Below, piece by piece: positions 37,541 to 50,000 of a stretch of DNA of 64,000 bases. The DNA lies in contig CAZCVI010000002.1 of the NCBI GenBank assembly GCA_964502145.1, positions 117,383-181,382 on the forward strand, read 5' to 3'. Within the stretch, counting starts at the first letter, position 1; every line of letters begins with the position of its first letter. The notes beneath the pieces are model-generated. The model worked only from the letters and a program-made list of their open reading frames with translations, ran no database searches and had not been told where the DNA came from. A program made the translations under genes and the position numbers. This DNA comes from an uncultured Clostridia bacterium (GTDB lineage Bacteria > Acidobacteriota > Aminicenantia > UBA2199).

Positions 37541-37690
37541 TAATAATTTTTAAAAAATTGCGGTTACAGGGACAATTTTTTAAAAATTCCTTGAAAATTG
37601 TAGTGGTGCGGAGAAAATTGTAGCCATGGGGACTTTTTTTTAAATATTTTTGAAAACATGCACCTACAGGTCCAATTTTGTAGGCAGGGA
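37541..37690 (+). promoter_or_regulatory. AT-rich iteron-like array (recurring ACAATTTTTTAAAAA and AAAATTGTAG motifs) upstream of the NRPS operon
   Basis: Multiple short direct and inverted repeats read directly. The region lies between divergent genes. Confidence 0.4.
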
Positions 37691-37780
37691 GTTTGTAGGC
37701 AGTGTTTACATATTTGGATGGCTATTGTAGATGCGACATCTTGTCGCATTGATAAAGGCATAAAGCAAAATAGATACGGT

Positions 37781-37812
37781 CCACTTAGTCCATATCGTCC
37801 ACATCGTCCACA
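37781..37812 (-). repeat. About four tandem 9-bp repeats GTCCAYWTM (reverse complement GATRTGGAC), related to the 31308 array
   Basis: gtccactta gtccatatc gtccacatc gtccacaac. Confidence 0.7.
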
Positions 37813-38070
37813 ACGATTTCAACAATGTGGCGGTGGATTTAGGAAAATAGTGAGGTGTTTGAAAAAATATTACTATGTGGTATAATGCGTGTTGAATCAG
37901 ATTGCTATGATTCTGATATGAATCAGATTGAATTTCAAACACACACACATGTTGATAAGAAAAATGCGTGTCCCATAAGAGGCGGAAGCCTACCTAAATA
38001 TAGTGCCACTGTTTCCAGCACTATTTCAAAACCAATTTCCCAATAATTAAAGGTCTCTCCGGGTGATAAA

Positions 38071-41000
38071 ATGAGTCAATTAGAAAGAAAGAAAATTGCG
38101 GATATTCTGATGTTAACGCATTTGCAAGAAGGGATTCTATTTCACTATCTGCAAGAACCCAAAAGCGCGCAGTATTTTGAACAATTAAGCCTGGAAATCT
38201 CGGGGGAGATCAATCTGGAACTATTCAAAACCGCATGGCATACGGTCATCCAAACCAATGAGATGCTGCGCACTGTATTCCGCTGGGAAAAAATGGAGAA
38301 ACCAACCCAGATTATCTTAAAAGAACATACCTGCGACATCACTTTTTACGACCTGACAGATGAAGCGACAAACAGGCAAAAATCCCGGCTGCAAGAGATT
38401 AAAGACAAGGATAAACAAACACCCTTTGACTTGCAAGAAGTGCCCATGCGAATTATGTTGTGCAAGCTAGGGACACACGATTATGAAATGATCATCAGCA
38501 ACCACCATATCATCTATGATGGCTGGAGCAACGGGATCATTCTGAAGGAATTCTTCAGGGCATACTATGGGCTAAGCGCGGGAAAACCTGCGCTCCTCCC
38601 GGACAAACCCTCTTTCAAAGAATTTATCAAATGGCTTCAAAACGAGGATAAATACGAAAAGGATAAACAAAAAGCGTTTTGGCGCGATTATCTAGCAGGT
38701 TTAGACGGTCAGACGGAATTACCGCTAAAAAACATAAAAAATAGAAAAAACACTGGCTCCAAGCAGGTAGAACACTATTCACTGGTTCTTGAACCGGAGT
38801 TAAAAGAGAGGTTGGAGGCGTTTGCCAAAACCAAGCGGTTCACTTTGGCCGGGGTGTTCTACACTGTCTGGGGGTTATTGCTACACCAGTATTGCAACAG
38901 CCAGGATGTTCTGTTTGGCACAACTGTAGCCGGTCGTTCCGCACGGATAAAAGGCATAGAAGAGATGGTGGGGCTGTTTATCAATACGATTCCATTACGA
39001 ATCCAAACGACTCCTGGTGAAAAAATGGTGGCGGTGGTCAGCGGCGTGGATCACGCGTTACAGGCCCGTGAACTTTTTGAGAATACACCGTTGTTGGATA
39101 TCAGAAATTACAGTGGCTTGTCTGGTTATGTATCGCTGTTTGATACGTTGGTAGTGATTGAGAATTATCCATTGGATAGTCGTTTACTGCCCGAAGAAAG
39201 CGGGTTGTCAGTTCATGCTTTTACTATTGCTGAAATGACCCATTATGATTTAACCGTGGGCATTGTGCTTTTTAATGAGATAGCCGTCACGTTTTCCTAT
39301 AACCCGGAATTATTCGCCCAGGAAATGATTGCCCATTTGGCCGGGCATTTTTTGTCTCTGGTACAGATGATTATAGAAAACGGCGAACAGGACATTTGCG
39401 CCATAGAAATAATCTCCCCTGAAGAAAAGCACCGCGTATTATATGAATTTAATAATACCGCCGCAGAATACCCATCAAACAAAACGATTCCCCAATTATT
39501 CATGGAACAATCCGCCCGGACCCCAGACTACATCGCCCTTATCTGGGAAAAAAGCGGGGCGTGCCATATATCCTATGCCGAATTAAATGAACTATCCAAC
39601 CGTCTGGCCTATTGGTTGCAAACAGAAGGCATTAGGCCCGATACTATCGTGGCTATAATGGTAAATCGTTCCATTGAAATGATTGTGGGCCTCATGGGTA
39701 TTTTAAAAGCCGGTGCCGCCTATTTACCGATTAACCCGGAATACCCGGCTGAACGAATTCAATTTATGCTGCAAGACAGCACCGCAAAAATCGTGCTCAC
39801 CGAACCAATCATCCAAGCAACCACTTCCCATATTCCCATTCCTCCCATAATTCCCATAATTCCCATTCCTCCCATAACTCCCAGTAATTTAGCCTATGTA
39901 ATATACACTTCCGGCACCACCGGCAAACCCAAAGGCGTTTTAGTAGAACATCAAAATGCCGTTAATGTGGTGTGCTGGTTAGGGCGAAAATATCAATTAA
40001 ACCCCGATACCCATATTATCTTGATGTCCGATTATACCTTTGATGCCAGTATTGATCAAATCTTCGGTGCCTTGTTGCATGGTGCCTCTCTTTATATCGC
40101 CAGTAAAGAGTTCATGTTGGATATGGATGCTTTACGCCATTACATCAATAAAAATCGGATCAATTTTATTAATTTTGTGCCGCTAGTGCTCAATGAATTG
40201 CTGGGCTATCGGGAGAAATTGCCCAGCTTAAACACCGTGATTTCCGGTGCAGAGCGGTTGGACGATACTATCAAAGATAATATCCTGAAGCGCGGCTATC
40301 ATTTATATAATCATTATGGTCCCACAGAAACCACGGTGGAGACACTGGTCTTCACTTGTACAGACGCTCCAGTTTACCTGGGGAAACCCATAGCCAATAC
40401 AAAAATTTATATACTTGATCAATGGGAACATATCGTTCCAATCGGCGTACCTGGAGAATTGTATATTGCCGGGGCCGGATTGGCCAGGGGGTATTTGAAC
40501 CGGTCCGATTTAACGGCGGAGAAATTCGTGGCCACACCCCATGGTGTAGAGAATGACCCTGTATCTCGAACCTATCGAACCGGGGACCTGGGGTGTTGGC
40601 TGCCCGATGGAAATATTGCGTTTCTGGGACGCATTGATCAGCAGGTTAAGATCCGGGGGTTCCGTGTTGAACTGGGAGAAATCGAAGCACAATTGCGCAC
40701 TTTCCCGGAAATAAAGCAGGTCGTGGTGAGCGCAAAAGAAGATAACCGTGGTGATAAAACGCTTTGTGCCTATATTGTATCCCGGCAGCTTTCTACAGGC
40801 CCCACTGCCCCCCTTGACCCAGCCGTGCTAACCACCTATTTAGCCGGTATCTTACCCGATTACATGATTCCCGCCTATTATGTCCAGTTGGCAGAAATTC
40901 CCCTGTTGCCCAATGGCAAAGTGGACCGCAAGAACTTGCCTGAGCCTGTTTTTATTGCCACCCAAGCATACCAGGAACCACGGCATGAACTGGATCGCAG

Positions 41001-44000
41001 ATTGCAAACGATATGGACGAGCGTTTTATTTGGAAACGTGCTTTCAGAAGATTCATCCGCACCACCACCTAAACCCATCGGGATTGATGATAATTTCTTT
41101 CATATGGGCGGACACTCCCTGAAGATCATGAATATGGCAGCTAAAATTCACAAGGAGTTGAACCTGGAAATACCAGTGCAAGAACTATTCACCCATCCCA
41201 CTATCCGGGTTTTGGCCAATTATATAAACACGCGGGAACACACTAAAAATATCACTAAAAATAACTTTGCAGAGATCGCCGCTATTGAAGTAAAAGAATA
41301 CTATCCACTCTCTTCGGCCCAGAAAAGAGTTTATATTTTATACCTCATGGAAACCGATAGCATCAATTACAACATGCACGAGGTATTCCGCCTGGAAGGG
41401 GAACTGGACGTGGGCCGCTTGGAAAAAAGCTTTACCCAATTGATTCGCAGACACGAAAGCTTAAGAACTTCCTTTTTCTTACTCCATGATGAACCGGTCC
41501 AGAAGATTGTGGCCGCCAGTGATGTACCATTCGCCAGCGAATTTTTTGATCCAAACGAAAAAGACACCCTGGTCGAACCTGCCCTAAACGACACCGCGTT
41601 AATGGAAAATACCACTGTTTATGACATCAACCAGCGTTTTTTAAGACCCTTTGATTTGACTCAAGCGCCCCTGTTCCGCGTCGGGCTTATTAAAATCGCC
41701 AAGAACAGCCATATCTTGATGGCAGGAATGCACCATATTATTTCCGATGGCATATCAATTGACCTATTTATCACTGATTTTGTCGCCCTCTACCGTGGCC
41801 AGAACTTACCCCCCTTGCCCATTCAATACAAAGAGTATGCCCACTGGCAGCACCAGAAAAAAGCGCAGGGCGCCTTTAATAGCCAACGCTCCTACTGGTT
41901 GCATGAATTTGCCGGTGAGCTTCCCGTATTAACCATGCCCTATGATTTCCCCAGGCCAGCCGTGCAGAGTTTTGCCGGCGACAAATATTATTTTAACCTC
42001 CCCGCATACGAAACCAAAACGTTAATAAAACGGTGCCAGGAAGAAGCGGTGACTCTTTTTATGATGCTCAGCGCTATCTATTATGTGATGCTGTGGAAAC
42101 TGAGCGGTGCCGAAGAGATCGTGGTGGGAAGCCCCACGGCTGGACGCAGACACGCTGATCTGGAATCCATTTTAGGAATGTTTGTCAACACCCTGGCAGT
42201 AAAAACCAGCCCTGCCAAGGAAACACGCTTCAAACCCTTTTTGGCACAAGTCAAACAAAAGAACCTGGCAGCTTTTGAAAACCAGGAGTACCAATTTGAT
42301 GATCTGGTGGAGGAACTATTACCCGCACGGGATTTAGGTCGCAACCCGTTATTCGACATGATGTTCATCTTGCAAAATATGACCGGCACAACTAACACGG
42401 CGATAAATATTCCGGGCTTAAAAATAACCCGCCTTCCTTTTGAAACGCATATCGCGCCTTTTGATTTTTACCTCATGGCTGAAGAACGACAGGAGTCTAT
42501 CTATTTTACCGTGGGTTATTGCACCAAATTGTTTACGCTGGAAACCGTGCGTCGGTTCATGGGGTATTACCGAGAAATTCTGGCCACAGTGGTCACCCAA
42601 CCCGAGGTGGAACTGGCACGTATAGACATATTATCCCCGGCAGAGAAACGCCAATTAGTGCAGGAATTTAATAATACCCAACGACCGTACCCACAGGGTC
42701 AAACCATTCCGCAATGGTTTGCAGAGCAGGCCGCACGAACCCCAGAAGCCATTGCCGTGGTAGGGGAGGGGGTCATCACCTATCGGGAATTAAATCAACG
42801 GGCCAATCAATTGGCCCACCTGTTGCGACAAAAAGGAGTGGCCCCAGATACCATTGTTGCCCTCTTTATGTTTCGTTCTATCCAGATGGTTGTTGGTATC
42901 CTCGGCATATTAAAAGCGGGCGGCGCTTATTTGCCGATCAACCCCGTGTATCCTGGGCAACGTGTGTTGTCTATCCTGGAAGATAGCGGTGGCAATTATT
43001 TTATAAGCGATGAAAAAACATCCCGCCCTCTTTCTTTTACCGGTTTACAGCGTTTGGATGTGCCCGAAGTGACGCCCCTGGTTACAGCCAAACGACCCCA
43101 GATCACAAATTTTGATAGCTTGCCCCATCCCGATCGTACATTGATTGATTACAGCAAATATCATCGTTATATTGGTATTGCACCCGCCAAATACACCGTC
43201 AGTATCCAGGCCACTCGCGGCTGCCCGTATCAATGTGCCTACTGCCATAAAATATGGCCCAAAACACATGTCATGCGGCGGGCTGAAGATATATTCGCCG
43301 AGATTAGCGCCTGCTATCAGGCGGGGGTGAAACGATTTGTATTTATCGACGATGTCTTCAACCTCAATAAAAAGAACAGCGGCCAATTATTTCAAACCCT
43401 GATCGACCACCACTATGATGTGCAGCTCTTTTTTCCCAACGGGTTACGCGGCGATATCCTGACCCCCGATTTTATTGACCTCATGATTGAAGCAGGCACT
43501 GTTAATATTGATCTGGCCCTGGAAACGGCCTCGCCCCGCTTGCAGAAACTGATCAATAAACAATTGAACCTGGAAAAATTCGCGGCCAACGTCCATTATA
43601 TCACCCAGAAACATCCCCATGTCGTGTTGGAGATGGAGATGATGATTGGCTTTCCCACGGAAACGGAAGCGGAAGCTTTACAAACCCTGGAATTATTGCA
43701 GAGTTTTAAATGGGTCCATTTCCCCAACCTGAATATCCTCAAAATTTATCCCAATACTGACATGGCCCAACTGGCAATTGAAAACGGGGTCAGTCGTAAA
43801 TTGATTCATTCCTCCACCACCCTTGCATTCCATGAGTTGCCAGAAACACTCCCTTTTTCAAAAGATTTTGTCCGGGAGTATCAGGCACGCTTTACCAACC
43901 AGTATTTTCTTTCCCAGGAACGGTTGCGCCATGTATTAAAACAGCAGGTCAAGAGCTTCACCGCCGATGAGCTCGTGCAAAAGTACGACAGTTATTTACC

Positions 44001-47000
44001 CGTGGAGATCAAGTCTTTTGCCGATATTCTCAAGTGTGCTGACATCTCCAGCGCTGCATTGGGGCCCATTGAATTTATTCCCGAAGCCCGCTTTGCCGCT
44101 CCCGATTTTAACCAGCGGATCAAGGCTTTTTTCCCCTCCCGCCCCAGCTCGGAAAATGCTTTTCGTCTCTTGTTTCTTGACCTGTCGCAATCCTTTCGCG
44201 CCGATATGGGCCATACCCTTTACGATGTCGGAGCCGAACCCTTGGGGTTGATGTATCTCGCCTCCTATCTCCAAGAACAACTCGGCCCACACGTTCGGGT
44301 CAAAGTGTTGAAGTCGCGCATTGATTTTGATAGTTATGCCCAATTGCAAGAACAGATCACGTTGTTCCAGCCCCATTTAATTGGTCTGCGCACCCTATCC
44401 TTGTACAAGGATTTTTTTCATCGCACTGTTTCCCTGTTGCGGCAATGGGGCATTACCGCGCCTATTATTGCTGGTGGACCCTATGCCACCAGCGATTACA
44501 AACAAATGCTCCAGGACCCACACATCCATCTCGCCGTGCTGGGAGAAGGAGAAGCCACTACCCTCCATCTGGTTAAAGAGATGATGACCAAAAACAATAC
44601 CTGGCCCGCCGACGACGTATTGGAAACCATTCCCGGTCTCGCCTTTATTCGCCAATCAGAGCGAATGTTAACCACCGCCCCCCAGCGGCAGGTGCTCTTG
44701 TTGGACCAGATTTCTGGTCCATTGGCCCACTTTCCCACCACCAATCCCCAGAACGTCAATCACCCCGGTGATTTGCTATATTTGATCTCCACTTCCGGGT
44801 CTACCGGGAAACCCAAGAGCGTGATGGTCGAGCATCGCACCCTGGTTAATTTGCTGCATTTTCAATTCCATCATACAGCCATCCATTTTTCCCGTGTCTT
44901 GCAATTTGCCGCCATCGGGTTTGATGTCTCCGTGCAAGAGATTTTTTCTGCCTTACTCGCCGGTGGCACTTTATATCTTCCTGACGAAGATATGAAAAGC
45001 GATGTGCCCCGGTTGTTCCAGTTTATCCAGCAGAACCAGATCGAAATTCTGTTTCTGCCTCCTGCATTTTTGAATTTTGTTTTTTCTGACCCCGACTATA
45101 TCCCATTATTTCCCGACTGTGTGCGCCATATTATAGCTGCTGGCGAACAATTGATCGTGAACGAGGCGTTACGATTGTTCCTGAAGCAGCGGCACGTGTA
45201 TCTCCATAATCATTATGGCCCCTCTGAGACCCATGTTGTCACCACCTTGACCATGGATCCCACCCAGGAAATCCCCCATTTCCCCGGTATTGGCAGCCCC
45301 GTATCCAACACCGGCATTTATATCTTGGATAGCCAAAGCAATCTTTTGCCCCTGGGTGTTAGCGGCGAATTAAACATTGGCGGTATCCAGGTCGGGCGTG
45401 GTTATTTGGGTAATGTGGCGTTGACTGCCGAGAAGTTTGTGCCGAATCCCTTTGTCCCCGGTGATCGCTTGTATCGCACCGGTGATATGGCCCGATGGTG
45501 GTCAAATGGGAGTATTCAGTTCTTGGGACGCTTGGATTTCCAGATCAAAATCAGGGGTTTTCGTATTGAACCCGGTGAAATCGAGGGACAATTAAAAAAA
45601 CACCCGGATATTAAAGAAACAATTGTCCTGGCTCTGGCAGATAATAAGGGCGAGCTCTATCTGGTGGCTTATGTAGTGTTACAGCCGCAGACTACCATGC
45701 CCCTCTTACGGGAATTTTTATTGAACCGATTGCCGGATTATATGGTTCCCGCCCATTTTATCCCTCTGGCACGAATTCCCTTGAACGCCAGCGGGAAAGT
45801 CGACCGTCATGCGTTACCACCACCGGAAAATACACCGGGAAACGGGCATGTAGCACCACGGGACCCCATGGAAAAAAAATTGGCCGCTATCTGGTGTACC
45901 GTGTTGGGGAAAGATGTTGCCCAAGATACAGTCAGTATTGATGATAATTTTTTTCAAATGGGTGGGCACTCCTTAAAAGCCACCGCCCTCACCTCCAGGC
46001 TAGCCAAAGAGTTTCATGTTAAAGTGCCCCTCGTGGAGATTTTTAAAGAGCCCACCATCCGGGGCCTTTCCGGTTATATTGCCCATTCTATGGTGGAGCA
46101 ATACGCTGGCATAACTCCTGTAGAAGAGCAGGAATACTACCCCTTATCGTCAGCGCAGAAACGATTGCACTTTTTACAACAAATGGATAAAGCGGGAACC
46201 ACCTATCATCTGACTAGTAACTGGCTGTTGGAAGGTGTTGTCGCTAAAAACCACCTGGAACAATCGCTGCTAAAACTGCTACAACGCCATGAGAGTTTAC
46301 GCACTTCCTTTGATATCATAGCCGAAGAACCCGTGCAAATCATCCACCCGAAATTAGCATTTGTTATTGAAGATGAACATGCTACCATGGATTCTTTCCT
46401 GCGTCCATTTGCATTATCACATGCCCCGTTGCTGCGCGTCGGATTGGTAAAAATAGCAGCCGAAAAGTTTCTCTTACTCGTGGATATGCATCATATTATT
46501 TCCGATGGGTTGTCCATGGATATTCTGAGCCGTGAATTCACCGCTCTTTTGGCAGGCGTAGAACTCCCCCCATTACGTCTCCAATACAAGGATTATGCCG
46601 CGTGGCAGAGTTCTGAAAAAGAGAGCCCCCACTTCCGTCAACAAGAATTATTTTGGCAGCAAGAGTTTAGCGGCGCCATACCCGTGCTCGATTTGCCCGT
46701 TGATTATAGCAGACCACCCGTTCAAAGTTTCGCCGGGGCATCACTTCCTTTTGCCCTATCTCGTGATAGCGTTGTTTCCTTGCAAGCCATAGCAGTAGAA
46801 GCCAGTGCCACAATGTACATGGTGCTGCTCACATGTTATACTATCTTTTTAGCTAAAATGAGCAACCAGGAAGATATTGTCATTGGCACACCCATTGCCG
46901 GTCGCAGGCATGCAGACCTGGAGAAAATTATCGGGATGTTTGTCAACACATTGGTGTTGCGGAACTATCCGGTAGCGGAGAAAAAATTCAGCGATTTCCT

Positions 47001-50000
47001 GGCTGAGGTCAAAGAGAGAACATTAAAAGCATTTGAAAACCAGGAGTACCCGTATGAAGATTTGGTAGACAAAGTCACGATCACCCGTGACGTCTGTCGC
47101 AATCCCTTATTTGATACCATGTTTGTATTGCAAAATGCCACCCCACCACCCGTGGACATTCCCGGCTTAAAAATAGCGCCCGTGCCGCAGGAAAACAAAA
47201 CCGCCAAATTTGATCTGACTCTAACAGCAGTGGAAACCCCGGAAAAAATAGAATTGAACTTCGAGTACTGTACTAAATTATTTAAAAAGGAATCCATCCA
47301 CCGGTTTATCACCTATTTTACCAATATCATCGACTCCGTTCTGGCAGACCCCTTCATTGTCTTGGGTCAGATTCCCCTGCTCTCCCCAGCACAACGAGAG
47401 CAACTGCTGGTGGAGATCAACGCACCCGCCATCCGCTATCCTAATTTCAAGACCATTCAGGGTTTATTCGCCGAGCAGGTCAAAAAAACGCCGGATCGGC
47501 CAGCACTAACCGGTATCAGGTATGATCAAGCAGAAACTCACCTGACTTACCGGCAATTGGACCAGCTTTCCCGACAGTTGGCCCACCAGTTAACGGGTAG
47601 GGGATTGGGTCCTAACAAGCGAGCAGCCATAATGGTAGGCCGAAACGTGGAAATGATTATTGCCATTCTTGGAATTATTCAGGCCGGGGCCGCGTATGTT
47701 CCCTTGGACCCCCAGGCCCCTGTCGAACGATTGCACTATGTATTGGCTGATTGTGGCGCAGAATTATTATTAACCTTCCGCCCATTGGCTGCACGATTGG
47801 CTCCCGCCATAGATACACTTTACCTGGAAGAGTTTACCACCCTCCCTGCCACCCCTCCCGATGCCGTTCTCTCCGGTCATCCTGATGATCTCGCCTATAT
47901 TATATATACATCCGGCTCAACCGGTAGGCCCAAAGGTGTTCCTATTTGCCACCGCAATGTATCGCCCTTATTGTTTTGGGGGTATCGGTACTTAGGGATT
48001 TGTCGTCTAGATCGTGTTATCCAGAGTCCCTCCTATTATTTCGACTGGTCTGTCTGGGAGATATTTATTACCCTTACCAGCGGGGCCCATTTGGTAATGA
48101 TTAGCGAGGAGCTTGTACTTGATCCCCCGGCGTTGGTGGAATTTATCCGGCAGCACGCCATTACCACCCTGCACATCACCCCCACCCAGTTAAGTTATCT
48201 CGTGAATAGCAGACGCCCTATGCTCTCGTTGCACCATCTCTGTATTGGCGCCGAGAAATTAACCTATGATCTTGTAGCCCGTGCTCTTCCCCTGCTTGCA
48301 ACCGATTGCCGGATTTACAATATGTACGGTCCCACCGAAGCCACCATCATTTCCGCTGTGGCCGAGATTGACCGTGAGCAAATTCCGTTCTATCTCAAAC
48401 TGCCCAGTATCCCTATTGGTCACACCATCGCCAATACCACCCTGTTCGTATTGGATCATTCTATGAACCCCTGTCCCATCCATGTTGTTGGTGAACTGTA
48501 CATTGCCGGGGATGCCTTGGCCCGTGGTTATCTCAATGATCCAGAAAAGACCGTAGCCAGTTTCGTCACCAATCCCTTTGCCGAGATTTGCGGTCCCTAC
48601 CTCTACAAAACCGGTGATCGCGTTCGTCGCCTGGAGGATGGCAGCATTCTCTTTTTAGGTCGCGCCGATGATCAGGTAAAAATACGCGGCTATCGCATCG
48701 AGTTGGGGGAAATTGAGAACTGGCTGCTACACTATCCACACGTCAAAGATGCTCTCGTGCTGGTCAAAGCGGATCATCTACAGGAGAAATATTTATGTGC
48801 CTATGTGGCGTGTCCCATTGAATTGGATACCGCCGAATTAAGGGATTTCCTCGCCGCCAGACTTCCCGCCTATATGATCCCCGCCCATTTTATCACGCTT
48901 GAACATATGCCCCTCAACCCCAATGGCAAAGTCGATAAAAAACGCCTGCCCCTCCCTGAAATGCAAACAAGCCCACAAGTCGTCGCCCCCAAAAACGATC
49001 TGGAAAAAACCATCCTCTCTATCTGGCAAGACGTACTTGGACTCGACCACGTAGGCACCACGGATAATTATTTTGAACGGGGTGGCAATTCCATGAATAT
49101 CGTTAAAGTCAGTCACCGTTTAAAAAGTGTATTGAACCGCGATATCCCCGTGATGGACCTGTTCCGTTACCCCACCATCAAAACCCTGGCCGCTTACCTC
49201 AACCAGAGCCCCGGCCATGTCCCTTTCACCCCGTCGGAGATAGGGGAGTCCCTCCTACTTAATCAACCCGAAATACCCCGACATGAGAGTGTTTCTACCA
49301 CTCCCGCGATTGCCGTGATTGGTATGGCCGGAAGGTTGCCCGGTGCGAACACTATTTCCGCATTCTGGAACAATCTCAAGCATGGTGTCGAATCCATTGC
49401 TTTTTTCTCCCCCGCAGAATTCGCAGACAACGGGGGTGATCCCCGGTCCGTGAACCTGCCCAATTATGTTAAAACCCGCTGTGACTTGCAAGATATCCAG
49501 TATTTTGACAGTTCATTTTTTGGGTACACCCCCGTGGAAGCCGAAATAATAGACCCCCAGATGCGCCTATTTCATGAATGTGTCTGGGAAGCTTTTGAAG
49601 ATGCCGGTTATGAGTCCGGTTCTTATGCCGGTCGTATCGGGCTTTATTCCGGTGGGGAATCCAGTTCTTTCTGGGAAACATTAACCTCTTTATCCCAGAT
49701 TGGTCAGTTGATGAATCCCTTGATTCTGGGCAATTTAAATAATAAAGATTACCTCAGTTCCCGTATTGCCTATAAATTTAATTTACGCGGGCCATCCGTC
49801 ACCATGAACACCGCTTGTTCCACCTCACTTGTCGCCATTCATTTTGCTGTTCAGGGTTTGCTCAACCGCGAGTGTGAGATCGCCCTGGCCGGTGGCGTGC
49901 GGGTCATGCTGCCCGGAAAAACCGGCTATCTCTATCAAGAGGGTATGATTCAATCCCCAGATGGTCATTGCCGTGCCTTTGATGCCAGGGCCAATGGCAC

